Part shown: piece by piece, positions 1 through 9,058 of the stretch
Numbering within the stretch: the stretch's first letter is position 1
How the letters are laid out: each line of letters starts with the position of its first letter
Program-made: the position numbers and the translations under genes
From: Acidobacteriota bacterium
GTDB lineage: Bacteria > Acidobacteriota > Thermoanaerobaculia > Gp7-AA8
Assembly: GCA_019244185.1 (NCBI GenBank)
Contig: JAFATB010000014.1
Location: forward strand, 680,637 to 744,636
Length of the DNA: 64,000 nt
Reading direction: 5' to 3'
The notes under the pieces: model-generated
Seen by the model: only the letters and a program-made list of their open reading frames with translations
Databases searched by the model: none
Told to the model about the DNA's origin: nothing

Positions 1-766
1 GCGGTGAGAACAGCGCGTAGACGGAGAACTCCGGCCAGCCGCGGTCGCGCACGAGCGTCTTCTCGAGCAGGGCGTTGTAGACGTGATGTCCGGGATAGCC
101 TTCGTGACACGCGAGATCGATGGCGCGGTCGATGAAGATCGGCAGGTCGGTGTTGACCTGGATGAGGCTGCGGAAGTTGCCCTGGTACCAGTTGTAGCCG
201 CTCCACGCTTTGTCGTTCACGTATTCGACGGTGAACGTCTCGCCGACCGGCAGCGCGATCTCGTCGGCGGTGCGCGCGCGGCAGACGTCGATCGCGGCGC
301 GGAAGACGTCGTCGAGCTTTTCGCGCGGAATCACGAACTGCATGCGGAACGCTTCGACACGCTCGACGAGCGCGCCGTCGCCGGGGAGCTCGGCTTCGAT
401 CGCCGCATTCAGCGCGCGGAAGTAATCTTCGCCGTGCGTCGGCGCGACGGCGTCGTAGAGAGCGCGCGACTCGTCATCGAACCGCAGCGTCGCGCCCTGA
501 AGAATTTCCGCGCGCGCGATGAGCGCGTCGGTCTGACGGCGGAGATAATCGAGGCGCAGCGCTTCGACGTTGTGCTGTGGCCGCGCGATACCTTCGAGCG
601 TTCCGCGCAACGCGCGCGCATCGGCGAGGATCGCGTCGAGCGTGCGCTTCTCCGCACGCACTTCGTCGCGCCATTCCGCGGGACCGTAGAAGGCGTCGAC
701 ATAGTCGGAGTCGTGCTCGCCCATGGCCAGGACGAGCTTCACGTAGCGCTGCGCCGCATCGTTCAT
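1..766 (-). CDS. Conserved hypothetical protein with HEGYPGHH zincin-like motif (DUF885-related); runs off the left edge
   Basis: Manual translation from ATG 766: MNDAAQRYVKLVLAMGEHDSDYVDAFYGP...WSGYNWYQG...DLACHEGYPGHHVYN. It is missing from the ORF track because it has no stop in the window. A -10-like TAGATT lies 8 nt upstream of the ATG. Confidence 0.8.
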   Translation of the reverse strand, partial: MNDAAQRYVKLVLAMGEHDSDYVDAFYGPAEWRDEVRAEKRTLDAILADARALRGTLEGIARPQHNVEALRLDYLRRQTDALIARAEILQGATLRFDDESRALYDAVAPTHGEDYFRALNAAIEAELPGDGALVERVEAFRMQFVIPREKLDDVFRAAIDVCRARTADEIALPVGETFTVEYVNDKAWSGYNWYQGNFRSLIQVNTDLPIFIDRAIDLACHEGYPGHHVYNALLEKTLVRDRGWPEFSVYALFSP

Positions 767-825
767 GGCGCGGGAATCTAACATCCGCCCGCGCCGAGGG
801 CACGCTTTTCGCGTCGCGTGGCGGC

Positions 826-1608
826 ATGATCCATTGCGCAACCTGCGGCGCGCCGCTTCCGCCCGGCGCACAGTTCTGTCCGCGCTGCGGCGCTGTCGTG
901 GCTGCGCCGCCAGTGACGCCGTCTGCGCCGCCGCCCGTCACGCCCGCGCAGACGCCGCCCGTTCGCGCCGCGCGCGCGACGTGGTGGATCGTGCCGGCGA
1001 CGATCGTGGCGCTGCTGCTCATCGCGTGGCTGCTGCTGAAGGGGATGCCGTTCGGCGGCGGCGAGGATCGCGCGACGACGACGCGCGTCGCGACGGAGAC
1101 CATCGCCGAAGGCACGGCCACAACGGCGCCGCCGTCATCGACGCCGAGCGACTCCGGCACGGTCGTCGATCTCACCGAGACGCAATCGGAGACGACGCCG
1201 CCGAATGTCGCGACATCGGCGACGACTTCGACGGCAACGTCGACCGTACCGGTCACGCCACCGCCGCGGACCGCGATGGAGATCACGCCACCGCCTCCTG
1301 CACCGCGTGAAACGCCGCCGCCCGCCCCGCGTCCGGTGGAGACGACACCGCCTCCGTCGCCGTCCTCTTCAGCAGAGATCAGCGAGTCGGAGGCGGTGGC
1401 GGTGTTGCGCGGCTACGTCACCTCGCGCGACTACTACGGCATCGGCGCCGCGTGTACGAACATCACCAGTCACGGCTACCGCAACGTCGGCTACACGATG
1501 GAAGTCTTCGACTCGTGCAGCCATCGCATGCTCGGCCGCTGGCGTGTCGATGCGAAGACGCGCGAGGTGTTCCGGCAGCAGGACGACGGGCGCTATCTGC
1601 GGCCGTAG
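826..1608 (+). CDS. Zinc-ribbon membrane protein with Pro/Thr-rich extracytoplasmic linker
   Basis: MIHCATCG...FCPRCG double CxxC, one TM helix (WWIVPATIVALLLIAWLLL), Pro/Thr/Ser-rich linker, small C-terminal domain. Start trimmed from ORF 577. Confidence 0.8.
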   Translation: MIHCATCGAPLPPGAQFCPRCGAVVAAPPVTPSAPPPVTPAQTPPVRAARATWWIVPATIVALLLIAWLLLKGMPFGGGEDRATTTRVATETIAEGTATTAPPSSTPSDSGTVVDLTETQSETTPPNVATSATTSTATSTVPVTPPPRTAMEITPPPPAPRETPPPAPRPVETTPPPSPSSSAEISESEAVAVLRGYVTSRDYYGIGAACTNITSHGYRNVGYTMEVFDSCSHRMLGRWRVDAKTREVFRQQDDGRYLRP

Positions 1609-1621
1609 TCGATTCGCGCGA

Positions 1622-2143
1622 TCACTTCTGCCGCTTGCACGTCTCCTGTGACGTCTTGATCCACTTGCCGCCCTGCTCGATCGCGCCGGTGTGCATCATC
1701 TGCGACTCGCTCTCTTTCACGAACGTGTCGCGGCTCTGCACGGTCGTCCCGTTCATGTGCCACGGGCCGGTGAACGTGAGCGTGTTGCCCTGCCACGGGC
1801 CCGCCTCGATCGAGTAGCCGCCGATGCTGTCGACGCCGCCGAGGACGAACGCCTTCTGCTGCCGGTCGTAGCCCATGTAGCCGCTGATGGCGAACGGATG
1901 CGCGTTCTTCGGCGTGGCCGTTTCCATGTACGAGAACGCGACCCAATGTCCGTTCAGGGCCCACGTGCCGTTCACCGTTGCCGCCGTCGCGTGCTCCGGC
2001 ATGTCCTCCATCGCGAACGCGGTGCCGGTGCACTGCCATTTCCCGACGAAGTATCCGAGGGGAGCGACCGCTGGATCGGGGGCCGCGAATGCGGCCGTGG
2101 CCGCGAGGACGAGAAAAACCACTACCATCGCCTGTTTCATCAT
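1622..2143 (-). CDS. Secreted DUF1579-like beta-barrel protein
   Basis: Signal peptide; LGYFVGKW, GYMGYD...KAF and G.W.G..LTF pattern; GGAGG RBS. Confidence 0.7.
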   Translation of the reverse strand: MMKQAMVVVFLVLAATAAFAAPDPAVAPLGYFVGKWQCTGTAFAMEDMPEHATAATVNGTWALNGHWVAFSYMETATPKNAHPFAISGYMGYDRQQKAFVLGGVDSIGGYSIEAGPWQGNTLTFTGPWHMNGTTVQSRDTFVKESESQMMHTGAIEQGGKWIKTSQETCKRQK

Positions 2144-2232
2144 TCCTCCAAGTCGTTTCGTGTGACGCCGACTCTACGGACGGCGAACGCGGCTGGATTC
2201 GTGACGCGGAAATGCTCCTCGGCCGGCTACGG

Positions 2233-2261
2233 TTGACAGGAGGTCACCCCATCCGTATGGT
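2233..2261 (+). promoter_or_regulatory. Sigma70 promoter of the tRNA pair
   Basis: TTGACA (2233-2238), 17-nt spacer, TATGGT (2256-2261), then a GC-rich discriminator. Confidence 0.75.
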
Positions 2262-2305
2262 GACGCCTCGCGGGCGAACGCCCGCGCTTTGTTCGTTGAA
2301 GTCGC

Positions 2306-2380
2306 GGGCCCGTAGCTCAGTGGTAGAGCAGTTGGCTTTTAACCAATTGGTCGTAGGTTCGATCCCTACCGGGCTCACCA
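2306..2380 (+). tRNA. tRNA-Lys (anticodon TTT)
   Basis: GGGCCCG/CGGGCTC acceptor stem, TAGCTCAGTGGTAGAGC D-arm, GTTGG-CTTTTAA-CCAAT anticodon arm, GGTTCGATCC T-loop, encoded CCA. Confidence 0.97.
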
Positions 2381-2406
2381 CCCGGCCCGCCCCCCGCACC
2401 CCTCGA

Positions 2407-2482
2407 GTCCCCATCGTCTAGAGGCCTAGGACATCGCCCTTTCACGGCGACAACACGGGTTCGAATCCCGTTGGGGACGCCA
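2407..2482 (+). tRNA. tRNA-Glu (anticodon TTC)
   Basis: GTCCCCA/TGGGGAC acceptor stem, TCGCC-CTTTCAC-GGCGA anticodon arm, GGTTCGAATCC T-arm, encoded CCA. Confidence 0.97.
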
Positions 2483-2735
2483 TCCCATCTTTCGCGGTTC
2501 CCGTTGGGGGACCGGCATGCTTCGCAACGTTTTCTTGTGGCGGAGCTTTGTTCGCTGAGGCTTCTCCCGTCTCTGCGGCCTCTTGCCGTTTATCCCGACG
2601 GGAAGGTGTTGTGATTGGGGCCACACCGATGCTTGCGCCAAACGTCATTTGCGACCCGGCCGTCACGTTCATCGGCTGTTTATGTGATCGCGCGCATCTT
2701 GGAACTCTTGAAAGAGACACTCTAAAGGAGAGCCG

Positions 2736-3065
2736 ATGAAATACAGGACCATCGCAACACTCGTAGTGACTTTCGCGACGGCGATGCTGATGTTCGCCGC
2801 CGCGGGTGCGAAGCCGAAGATCACCATGAAGCAGGCGCGAGCCATCGCCCTGAAGAAAGCGCCGGGCAGAGTGCAGAGCGAGGAACTGGAGAACGAGCAT
2901 GGCAAATTGATCTACTCGTTCGACATCGCAACGTCAGCCAAGCACATCACCGAGGTGAACGTCGATGCTCTGAACGGGAGAATCGTCGCCGTACAGCAGG
3001 AGAACGCGGCGAAGGAAGCGGCGGAGAAGAAGCAGGAAGAACGAGAGAAAGCCGGCAAGCACTGA
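2736..3065 (+). CDS. PepSY domain secreted protein
   Basis: Signal peptide; ITMKQARAIALKKAPG..ELE.E.G.LIY.F.I...EV.VDA.NG.IV PepSY pattern; AAGGAG RBS. Confidence 0.9.
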   Translation: MKYRTIATLVVTFATAMLMFAAAGAKPKITMKQARAIALKKAPGRVQSEELENEHGKLIYSFDIATSAKHITEVNVDALNGRIVAVQQENAAKEAAEKKQEEREKAGKH

Positions 3066-3170
3066 CGCTCGCACGGAAATCCCAATTGGGAGAAATGGTG
3101 ATTGGCGTGCGGGCTGTCGCGTCCTCGTTATGACGGTCCCGCACGCCGCGTCGCTCATACGTTCGAGCGG

Positions 3171-4322
3171 TCAGGGATAGTCGAGAGTTCCTGGAAGCAG
3201 ACTCAGTCCGTCACCGCCGGAACACGAATAGTTGTTCACGGGCATCCAGATCCACATGCGATTCGCACTTCCGGAAAGACTGCCGAACCACAACCCCGTA
3301 CCCCAGGCATAAAGATTCGACGGTAGATTACCGATCGCGGTCGGCGAAGTCCAAACGCCGCTGGAAAGCGAGGACGAGGTCTGCCAGTAGACCGTTCCGC
3401 TCCAGTCCTGAACTCGCACCCACCAGCCCTGATTGTCGTCATGCTTCAGGTCGCCCGACCCAAACGCGTAATTGTTCATCGAGTTGTAGATTCCGATGAC
3501 ATGGTCGCCGTTCGCCAGCAGGGTGCCGTCGCTGCCGTATCCGTCGTCCGACCAGACGAACTGGCCCGAGTTGTTTTCCCAGGTTCCGTTATGAAAGACC
3601 TGGCGAACCGATGGCCCAAACCCATACGCATGCGCGCTGCTGTAATCAAAGCGATACACGACCGGAGAGAGCGTGCCGGAGTTGTAATGGTAGTAACTCA
3701 TGAAAACGTAGAAGTAGCCGTTCTCGTACGCGAGTTGGACCTGTCCGATTCCATTGGGGTGTTGTCCGTTCCCCACGCAGTCTCCCGCGTATTTACCGAA
3801 TAAGACCGGCGTCCACGTCTCGCCCGGAGGCGGATTGACGTTGTACACGGACCAGTTGATGCCGTCATTGGAGACCGCCCAATAGATCTTTCCGTCAAAG
3901 TAGTCGGCGTTTCCCCCGCTGAACGCCATGAAATACCGGCTATCGCCCGGTACCTGTACAACGGACGGGCTGGCGATGGGCCCGTGCACGGTGGACGAGT
4001 ACCCGCACCGCGTGTAGCCGCCCATGAATTCCGGGCAATTGGTTGCGCCCATCGCGCTCCATGCACCGCTGCTCTGATTCCGCGTCGTTCCGAAGAACGA
4101 GTCGATGTTGGTGCACGAGTTCATCGTGTTCCCTCCCTGCGTCAACAGATGGAGGTCGCCGGAAGGCAGCTTGTAGAGCGTGGGGTCGTACAGCGTTTGC
4201 CAGCTACATCCGCCGCTGCCCTGCGTGAGAGGCGTGTAAGTAGAGCCGACGTGATAGTTCTGACCGAATACGGTCAGCGATAGTGTTAGTTCTGCGAGAA
4301 GCAACCACTTCTGTACTTTCAT
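3171..4322 (-). CDS. Secreted hypothetical protein, possible beta-propeller glycoside-hydrolase-like fold
   Basis: Signal peptide; DP and SPSVV blade-like motifs; WAVSNDGINW (S-x-D-G-x-x-W); rich in aromatic residues, Gly and Asn; codon usage less GC-biased than its neighbours. Confidence 0.6.
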   Translation of the reverse strand: MKVQKWLLLAELTLSLTVFGQNYHVGSTYTPLTQGSGGCSWQTLYDPTLYKLPSGDLHLLTQGGNTMNSCTNIDSFFGTTRNQSSGAWSAMGATNCPEFMGGYTRCGYSSTVHGPIASPSVVQVPGDSRYFMAFSGGNADYFDGKIYWAVSNDGINWSVYNVNPPPGETWTPVLFGKYAGDCVGNGQHPNGIGQVQLAYENGYFYVFMSYYHYNSGTLSPVVYRFDYSSAHAYGFGPSVRQVFHNGTWENNSGQFVWSDDGYGSDGTLLANGDHVIGIYNSMNNYAFGSGDLKHDDNQGWWVRVQDWSGTVYWQTSSSLSSGVWTSPTAIGNLPSNLYAWGTGLWFGSLSGSANRMWIWMPVNNYSCSGGDGLSLLPGTLDYP

Positions 4323-4379
4323 CCGGATACCTTTCTTTCCGCAAATGCAGTGCAGTAGGTATGCCGTCCGTTTTAGTGC

Positions 4380-4418
4380 AAAAACGACAAAGCCCTCCGT
4401 CGCCGGAGGGCTTTCGTC
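4380..4418 (-). terminator. Intrinsic terminator after the PKD-repeat gene
   Basis: AAAGCCCTCCG-tcgc-CGGAGGGCTTT stem, followed on the minus strand by GTCGTTTTT. Confidence 0.8.
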
Positions 4419-4436
4419 AATTGCGATCTCTAGTAT

Positions 4437-7163
4437 TTACGGCGCGACGACCACGTTTCGTTCGCGTTCGATCGATGGCCGGCCCGGCTGTTCGATCTCG
4501 ACGCGGACCTTGTACGTGCCGGGAGCCGCGAACGTGAACGTGGCGGTCGTGCCGCGCGGTCGCGAGTCATCCGGCAGGCGCCATTTGAAGGAGGCGCCGG
4601 ACGGCGGCGGAACGTCGGACGTTGCGGTGAACGTGACCGGTGCGCCCGCGCGCGGCGACGACGGCGACCACGAGAAATCGACGCTCGTCACCGCCGTGCC
4701 GCCGCCCGTGTTCGTGCCGCCGCCGACGTTGATCACGTGCGTCGCGTGCAGCGTCGTGCTGCCTTCCTTCTCCTGCTCCAACTCCACTTCGAACGAGCCG
4801 GCGCTGGCGAACGTGAACGTCACGACGCTGCCGGTCTTGCGCACGCCGCCGGGGAACTGAAAGCGGAACACGCCACCGTTGCCGCCCGTCGCGGTGAACG
4901 TGACTTCCTGACCGGCCGCGGGACTGGCGGGCGACCACGCGAAGTCGACCGCACCGCCGCCGCCACCGTTCGGGCTGCCGCCGCCGACGTTGACGGTGTG
5001 TCTCGCGTGCAGCGTCGTGCTGCCTTGGTGCTCCTGTTCGAGCTCGACTTCGAACGAGCCGGCGCCGGCGAACGTGAACGTCACGACGCTGCCGCTCTTG
5101 CGCACGCCGCCCGGGAACTCGAAGCGGAACACGCCGCCGTTGCCGCCCGTCGCCGTGAACGTGACCGGTTCGCCGGCCGCGGGATTCGCGGGCGACCAGG
5201 TGAAGTCGATCGCCGACGGCGTGCCGGTCGACGGCGTGCCGCCGACGCTCACGACGTGCGTCACCTCGCCGCCGCCGTTGCCGTCATGCTCGAGCTCGAG
5301 CTCGACTTCGAACGAGCCGGTCGACGGGAACGTGAAGGTTGCCACGGAGCCGGTCTTGCGCACGTTGCCGGGGAACTTCCACTTGAAGGAGCCGCCCGCC
5401 GTCGTGCCGGTGGCGGTGAAGGTGACTTCCTGACCGGCGGCCGGTGCGACGGGCGACCAGGTGAAGTCGATCGGACCCGTGCTCGTGCCGCCGCCGCCGT
5501 TCGCGACGACGTGGACGTCTTCCTGATCGCGCACGATCGCGCCGCTCGCGAGCGTCACGACTGCCGTGACGGCGAACTCGCCCGCGCTCGCGTACGCGTG
5601 CGTCGTCGTCGCGCCGCTGCCGGTCGTACCGTCGCCGAACGTCCACTGCACGCTGGTGATGCCGGCGGCGTCGCCGATCGAGAAGCCGACCTGTGCGCCG
5701 ATGGCCGCCGTGCGCGGCGTGATGCGAATCTCGAGCTCGTGATGCCGCTCGTTCTCCTGTTCCGCCTCATGCACCGAGGTGTCGCCGGTGCGGTTGTCGA
5801 CGCTCGAGGCGACGGCGGTGACGGAGACGCCGTTGTGCGTCTCGACTTCGACTTCGCCCGAATGCACCTGCGCCGCGCCGCGGCTCAGCGAGATCTGCGT
5901 CATCGCCTCGGCCTCGACGTGGAACGGCTCGACCTCCACTTCCTGTCCGTTGTCATCGAAGAGACGCACCGTGCCGTCCGCCGCGCCGGAGTGGCCGGAG
6001 AGTGCGACGTTGAGGCGGTACGCATCGTCGCGGCGCACGCCCTGAATGCGCACCAGAGAACCGCGCACCGCGTTGTCCTGCGCGAGCAGCGCCGAGCCGT
6101 ACGTCGAGCCGTCGGTGAGCGTGTTGAAGACGCGCACGGCGGAGACGACGGGGACGGTGGCGGTGATGGTCAGCGCTCCCGAGCCGTTGCCCGCGCCGAC
6201 GAACGTGTTGACGTCTTCGGCCCGCACGGTGCCGCGCGCGGGAAGATCCGCGGTGGTCGTGACGAGCTGCCCGGTCGTGTTGTCGCGATATGCGAACGTC
6301 ACCGTTCCGGCGACATCGGCGCGCGAGCTCACCGCGGCCGACGTGCTCCAGAACGTCGACTGCGCGCCCGGCGTACGGCCGACGACAGGGAAGAAGAGCT
6401 CCGTCGCGCCGTTGACGGACGGGATGTTGGTCGGGTCGTTCGAGAGGTTGTCGACGACGCTGGCGAGCGCGTACAGCGGCGTCGTCGAGATCCATTCGAC
6501 GAGCCGGCGTGCGTCGTCCGTCGTCGAGGCGACGTCGCGTGCGAGCGCGATCTGCACGGTCGAATGCGCCGGCACCGCGAGCTGATCGGTCGCCAGCAGC
6601 GCGCCGCTCTCGTCGCGAACGGCATACGTGACGATCGCAAGGTCACCGGTGGCGTTCGCGTACGCGACGTTCGAGCGATAGCGGCGGCTCTGGATGAGGC
6701 CACTCATCGCGCCTTCGTTCGGCAGCACGGAGGGATCGAACGACTCGTACGCGCTGCCGTACGTGCCGCCCGCGGTCGCGCTCGTGTACGTGTGCGCCGA
6801 GGCACTGACGTTGCCGTCCGAGCGGACTTCGAGCTGGCCGCCCCAGCTGGTGGGATTCGCGCCCTGAAAACTGTCGGGACGCACGGCATCGGCGAGGAGC
6901 AGCGAGCCGTTCGCGGGAAGGGTCACGGTGCGCACGACGGCCGCGCGATCGTCCGGATGAAAGACGAGGTCGACCGAGCGCGCCACATTGTCGTTGTTCG
7001 TCAGGCTGACGTCGGTGGCCCACGACGTGCCGTTGGCGCCCGGCAGATGGCCGGCGATGGGGATGACTCGCGTACCGGCCTGCAGCGTGAACGCCGCGGC
7101 GAGCAGGACGAGGAACGCAACGATCCAGCTTCTCTTCATGATGATCTCCTGTTTGGCTTCCAT
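4437..7163 (-). CDS. Secreted protein with duplicated N-terminal beta-sandwich modules and five PKD repeats
   Basis: Signal peptide; two P..G..PGA..T.W.T modules; WTFGDGT...THAY.SAG PKD domain and four DF.WSP..P.AG..VTFTAT repeats. Confidence 0.85.
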   Translation of the reverse strand: MEAKQEIIMKRSWIVAFLVLLAAAFTLQAGTRVIPIAGHLPGANGTSWATDVSLTNNDNVARSVDLVFHPDDRAAVVRTVTLPANGSLLLADAVRPDSFQGANPTSWGGQLEVRSDGNVSASAHTYTSATAGGTYGSAYESFDPSVLPNEGAMSGLIQSRRYRSNVAYANATGDLAIVTYAVRDESGALLATDQLAVPAHSTVQIALARDVASTTDDARRLVEWISTTPLYALASVVDNLSNDPTNIPSVNGATELFFPVVGRTPGAQSTFWSTSAAVSSRADVAGTVTFAYRDNTTGQLVTTTADLPARGTVRAEDVNTFVGAGNGSGALTITATVPVVSAVRVFNTLTDGSTYGSALLAQDNAVRGSLVRIQGVRRDDAYRLNVALSGHSGAADGTVRLFDDNGQEVEVEPFHVEAEAMTQISLSRGAAQVHSGEVEVETHNGVSVTAVASSVDNRTGDTSVHEAEQENERHHELEIRITPRTAAIGAQVGFSIGDAAGITSVQWTFGDGTTGSGATTTHAYASAGEFAVTAVVTLASGAIVRDQEDVHVVANGGGGTSTGPIDFTWSPVAPAAGQEVTFTATGTTAGGSFKWKFPGNVRKTGSVATFTFPSTGSFEVELELEHDGNGGGEVTHVVSVGGTPSTGTPSAIDFTWSPANPAAGEPVTFTATGGNGGVFRFEFPGGVRKSGSVVTFTFAGAGSFEVELEQEHQGSTTLHARHTVNVGGGSPNGGGGGAVDFAWSPASPAAGQEVTFTATGGNGGVFRFQFPGGVRKTGSVVTFTFASAGSFEVELEQEKEGSTTLHATHVINVGGGTNTGGGTAVTSVDFSWSPSSPRAGAPVTFTATSDVPPPSGASFKWRLPDDSRPRGTTATFTFAAPGTYKVRVEIEQPGRPSIERERNVVVAP

Positions 7164-7223
7164 GGACAGACCTCCGGCGGACGTGCCCGTGAGGAACGCC
7201 GTTCGATTCGGTTTCGGTGGTGG

Positions 7224-8366
7224 TTAGCTTGGTGGCAGCGGCAGAACACTGCCGCCGGATGAGCGATCGGCCGTGAGGCCGAGGATGTGGAGAGGGGCGG
7301 AACTGCGGATGCGGATCCCGTACGGCGCGACGACCAGACCGAACGCCTCGGTGGCCTCGCGCACGACGGTTTGGTTGGGCTCGATGGTCAACGTGTTGAC
7401 TGCATACGGCTGGCCGGCGAAGTCGAGCAGCTCGACCGTCGCCGTGACCGCGGATGCATTGAGGTTCTGCACGGCGAAGCCGTACGTCTGATGTCCGGAG
7501 CCGCGCGCGGGACCGGCGGCCCGGCGTTTCGCCGGCGCGGGGCGCGGGAAGCGCAGCGTTGCGTCGGTGTACGTCACGGGCGCGAAGAGCGGCACCGCGC
7601 GGCGGAGGAGATCGTCGTTGCTCGGCGACGACGCGGTGCGCTGATACGCAAAGTACGTCGACTCGGCATTGCCGCTGCGCGCGCGGACGCGGATGCCGCG
7701 CATGTCGGTGGAGCGCGCGAGCACGACGTCGATGCGGCTGCTGCTGATGTAGCGCGTCTCCGCGACCTGCGACTCGGAGAGCTGGATGCGCGTGTCGGGA
7801 GTGAAGTTCACGCCGGAGATGTGCACGACGCCGCCCGCGGGGACGACCGTCTCGCCGGGCGAGACGTCGCCGATCGTGATGACGTTCGCCACGGTCAGCG
7901 TGCCGTTCTTCAGCTCGAGCGGATACTGCACGCCTGCCGGCGTGAGGAACTGCAGCGCGCCCGCGTCGAGCGTCTGCGGAAACGTCTGTCCGCTGTGCGC
8001 GTCGGGATCGACGACGCCGGCGATGGTGAGAATCGGATAGTCGGCCGCGGTGCCGAACAACGCGGTGGGCGAGTGGATGGCGAACGTCAGCTCGTCACCG
8101 TCGACGAGCGCGACCCCGTACGTCTGCGGGTCTTCGCTGCCGAGCGCGATGCCGTGCAGATTGCTGATGCCTTTGGTTTTCACTTTGCCCTTGCCGGTCG
8201 AGATCGGCTTCGGCTCGGTGACGTCGACTTTCACCTGCACGATGCTGCCGGCGGGCGCGGACTCGTCGCGGATGCGTAGCGAGAGACCGGCGAAGCCGTC
8301 GCCGAGTGCGGCGCCTGCGCCGAGGAGCGCGGCGGCGGCAAAGAGGTATCGGATGGAGCGGATCAT
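7224..8366 (-). CDS. Secreted protein with cohesin-like and IPT/TIG domains
   Basis: Signal peptide; IGDVSPG....AGGVVHISGVNF...YISSSRIDV IPT pattern. Confidence 0.7.
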   Translation of the reverse strand: MIRSIRYLFAAAALLGAGAALGDGFAGLSLRIRDESAPAGSIVQVKVDVTEPKPISTGKGKVKTKGISNLHGIALGSEDPQTYGVALVDGDELTFAIHSPTALFGTAADYPILTIAGVVDPDAHSGQTFPQTLDAGALQFLTPAGVQYPLELKNGTLTVANVITIGDVSPGETVVPAGGVVHISGVNFTPDTRIQLSESQVAETRYISSSRIDVVLARSTDMRGIRVRARSGNAESTYFAYQRTASSPSNDDLLRRAVPLFAPVTYTDATLRFPRPAPAKRRAAGPARGSGHQTYGFAVQNLNASAVTATVELLDFAGQPYAVNTLTIEPNQTVVREATEAFGLVVAPYGIRIRSSAPLHILGLTADRSSGGSVLPLPPS

Positions 8367-8371
8367 GGACG

Positions 8372-9058
8372 TTATCTCCCGGGCACCGGAACTGCGACTC
8401 GAAACCGCTGGACTCCGGAGGAGGCCAGCTCATCGGAGCCGCGGCGCGCCGCGACGTCCCACAGCAAGGTCTTGCCGGGCGCACACTGCGCCACGACGTT
8501 CGGCGGTAACACGATGCGCGTTGCTGATGTTTCCGAATGCCACAGCAGCGTGCGGTCGACTTCGGTGATCTCGACGGTGTACGCCGTCGCGCCCGCCACC
8601 GCGTTCCAGCGCAGCTCGCGCGGCGCCGCGGCGAGGTCGCCGAGCGGCGCGACCGCGTCGAGGCGTCCCGTGCGATAGACGTTCGTGACGCCGGCGTCGC
8701 CGAGCGACGGCTCGCGCTTTTCCATCCACAAGCCGGCGACGATGACGAACACCGCCGCGGCGGCCGCTGCCCAGGCAAACCGCGGCGCGCGCCGGCGCGG
8801 CTCGAACGCGGTCACGTTCGCCGCGCCGTCGAGCCGCCGGTGCAATTCTGCGGCGACCCATGCGCCTGCACGCGTCTCTTCCGGCGTCGCCTCATCGCTC
8901 GTGAAACTCTGGAAGAGCGCGAGCTCGGACTGGCAGCGCGCACAGGTGTCGAGATGCTCGCGCTCGGCGGCCGTCAATGGTTCGCCGAGGCGTTCGAGGG
9001 CGAGGCAGTCGGGTGTTGCGGCGAGCGCCTCGCGCCACGCATCCCGCGGATCGTTCAT
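8372..9058 (-). CDS. Transmembrane anti-sigma factor (ZAS-type) with extracytoplasmic Ig/FN3-like domain
   Basis: EHLDTCARC (HxxxCxxC), TM helix FAWAAAAAAVFVIVAGLW, LRWNAV.GA..Y.V.I FN3-like strands; ATGA overlap with the sigma gene. Confidence 0.85.
   Translation of the reverse strand: MNDPRDAWREALAATPDCLALERLGEPLTAAEREHLDTCARCQSELALFQSFTSDEATPEETRAGAWVAAELHRRLDGAANVTAFEPRRRAPRFAWAAAAAAVFVIVAGLWMEKREPSLGDAGVTNVYRTGRLDAVAPLGDLAAAPRELRWNAVAGATAYTVEITEVDRTLLWHSETSATRIVLPPNVVAQCAPGKTLLWDVAARRGSDELASSGVQRFRVAVPVPGR

Noticed and set aside
83-781. 232-aa + strand ORF
   Set aside because: Antisense shadow of the minus-strand HEGYPGHH gene (1-766).
2667-2683. OmpR-like direct repeat GTTCAT-N5-GTTTAT upstream of PepSY
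   Set aside because: Too short to support, and no cognate regulator is in the window.
4737-7262. 841-aa + strand ORF
   Set aside because: Arg/Ala-rich antisense shadow of the PKD gene, typical of high-GC DNA.
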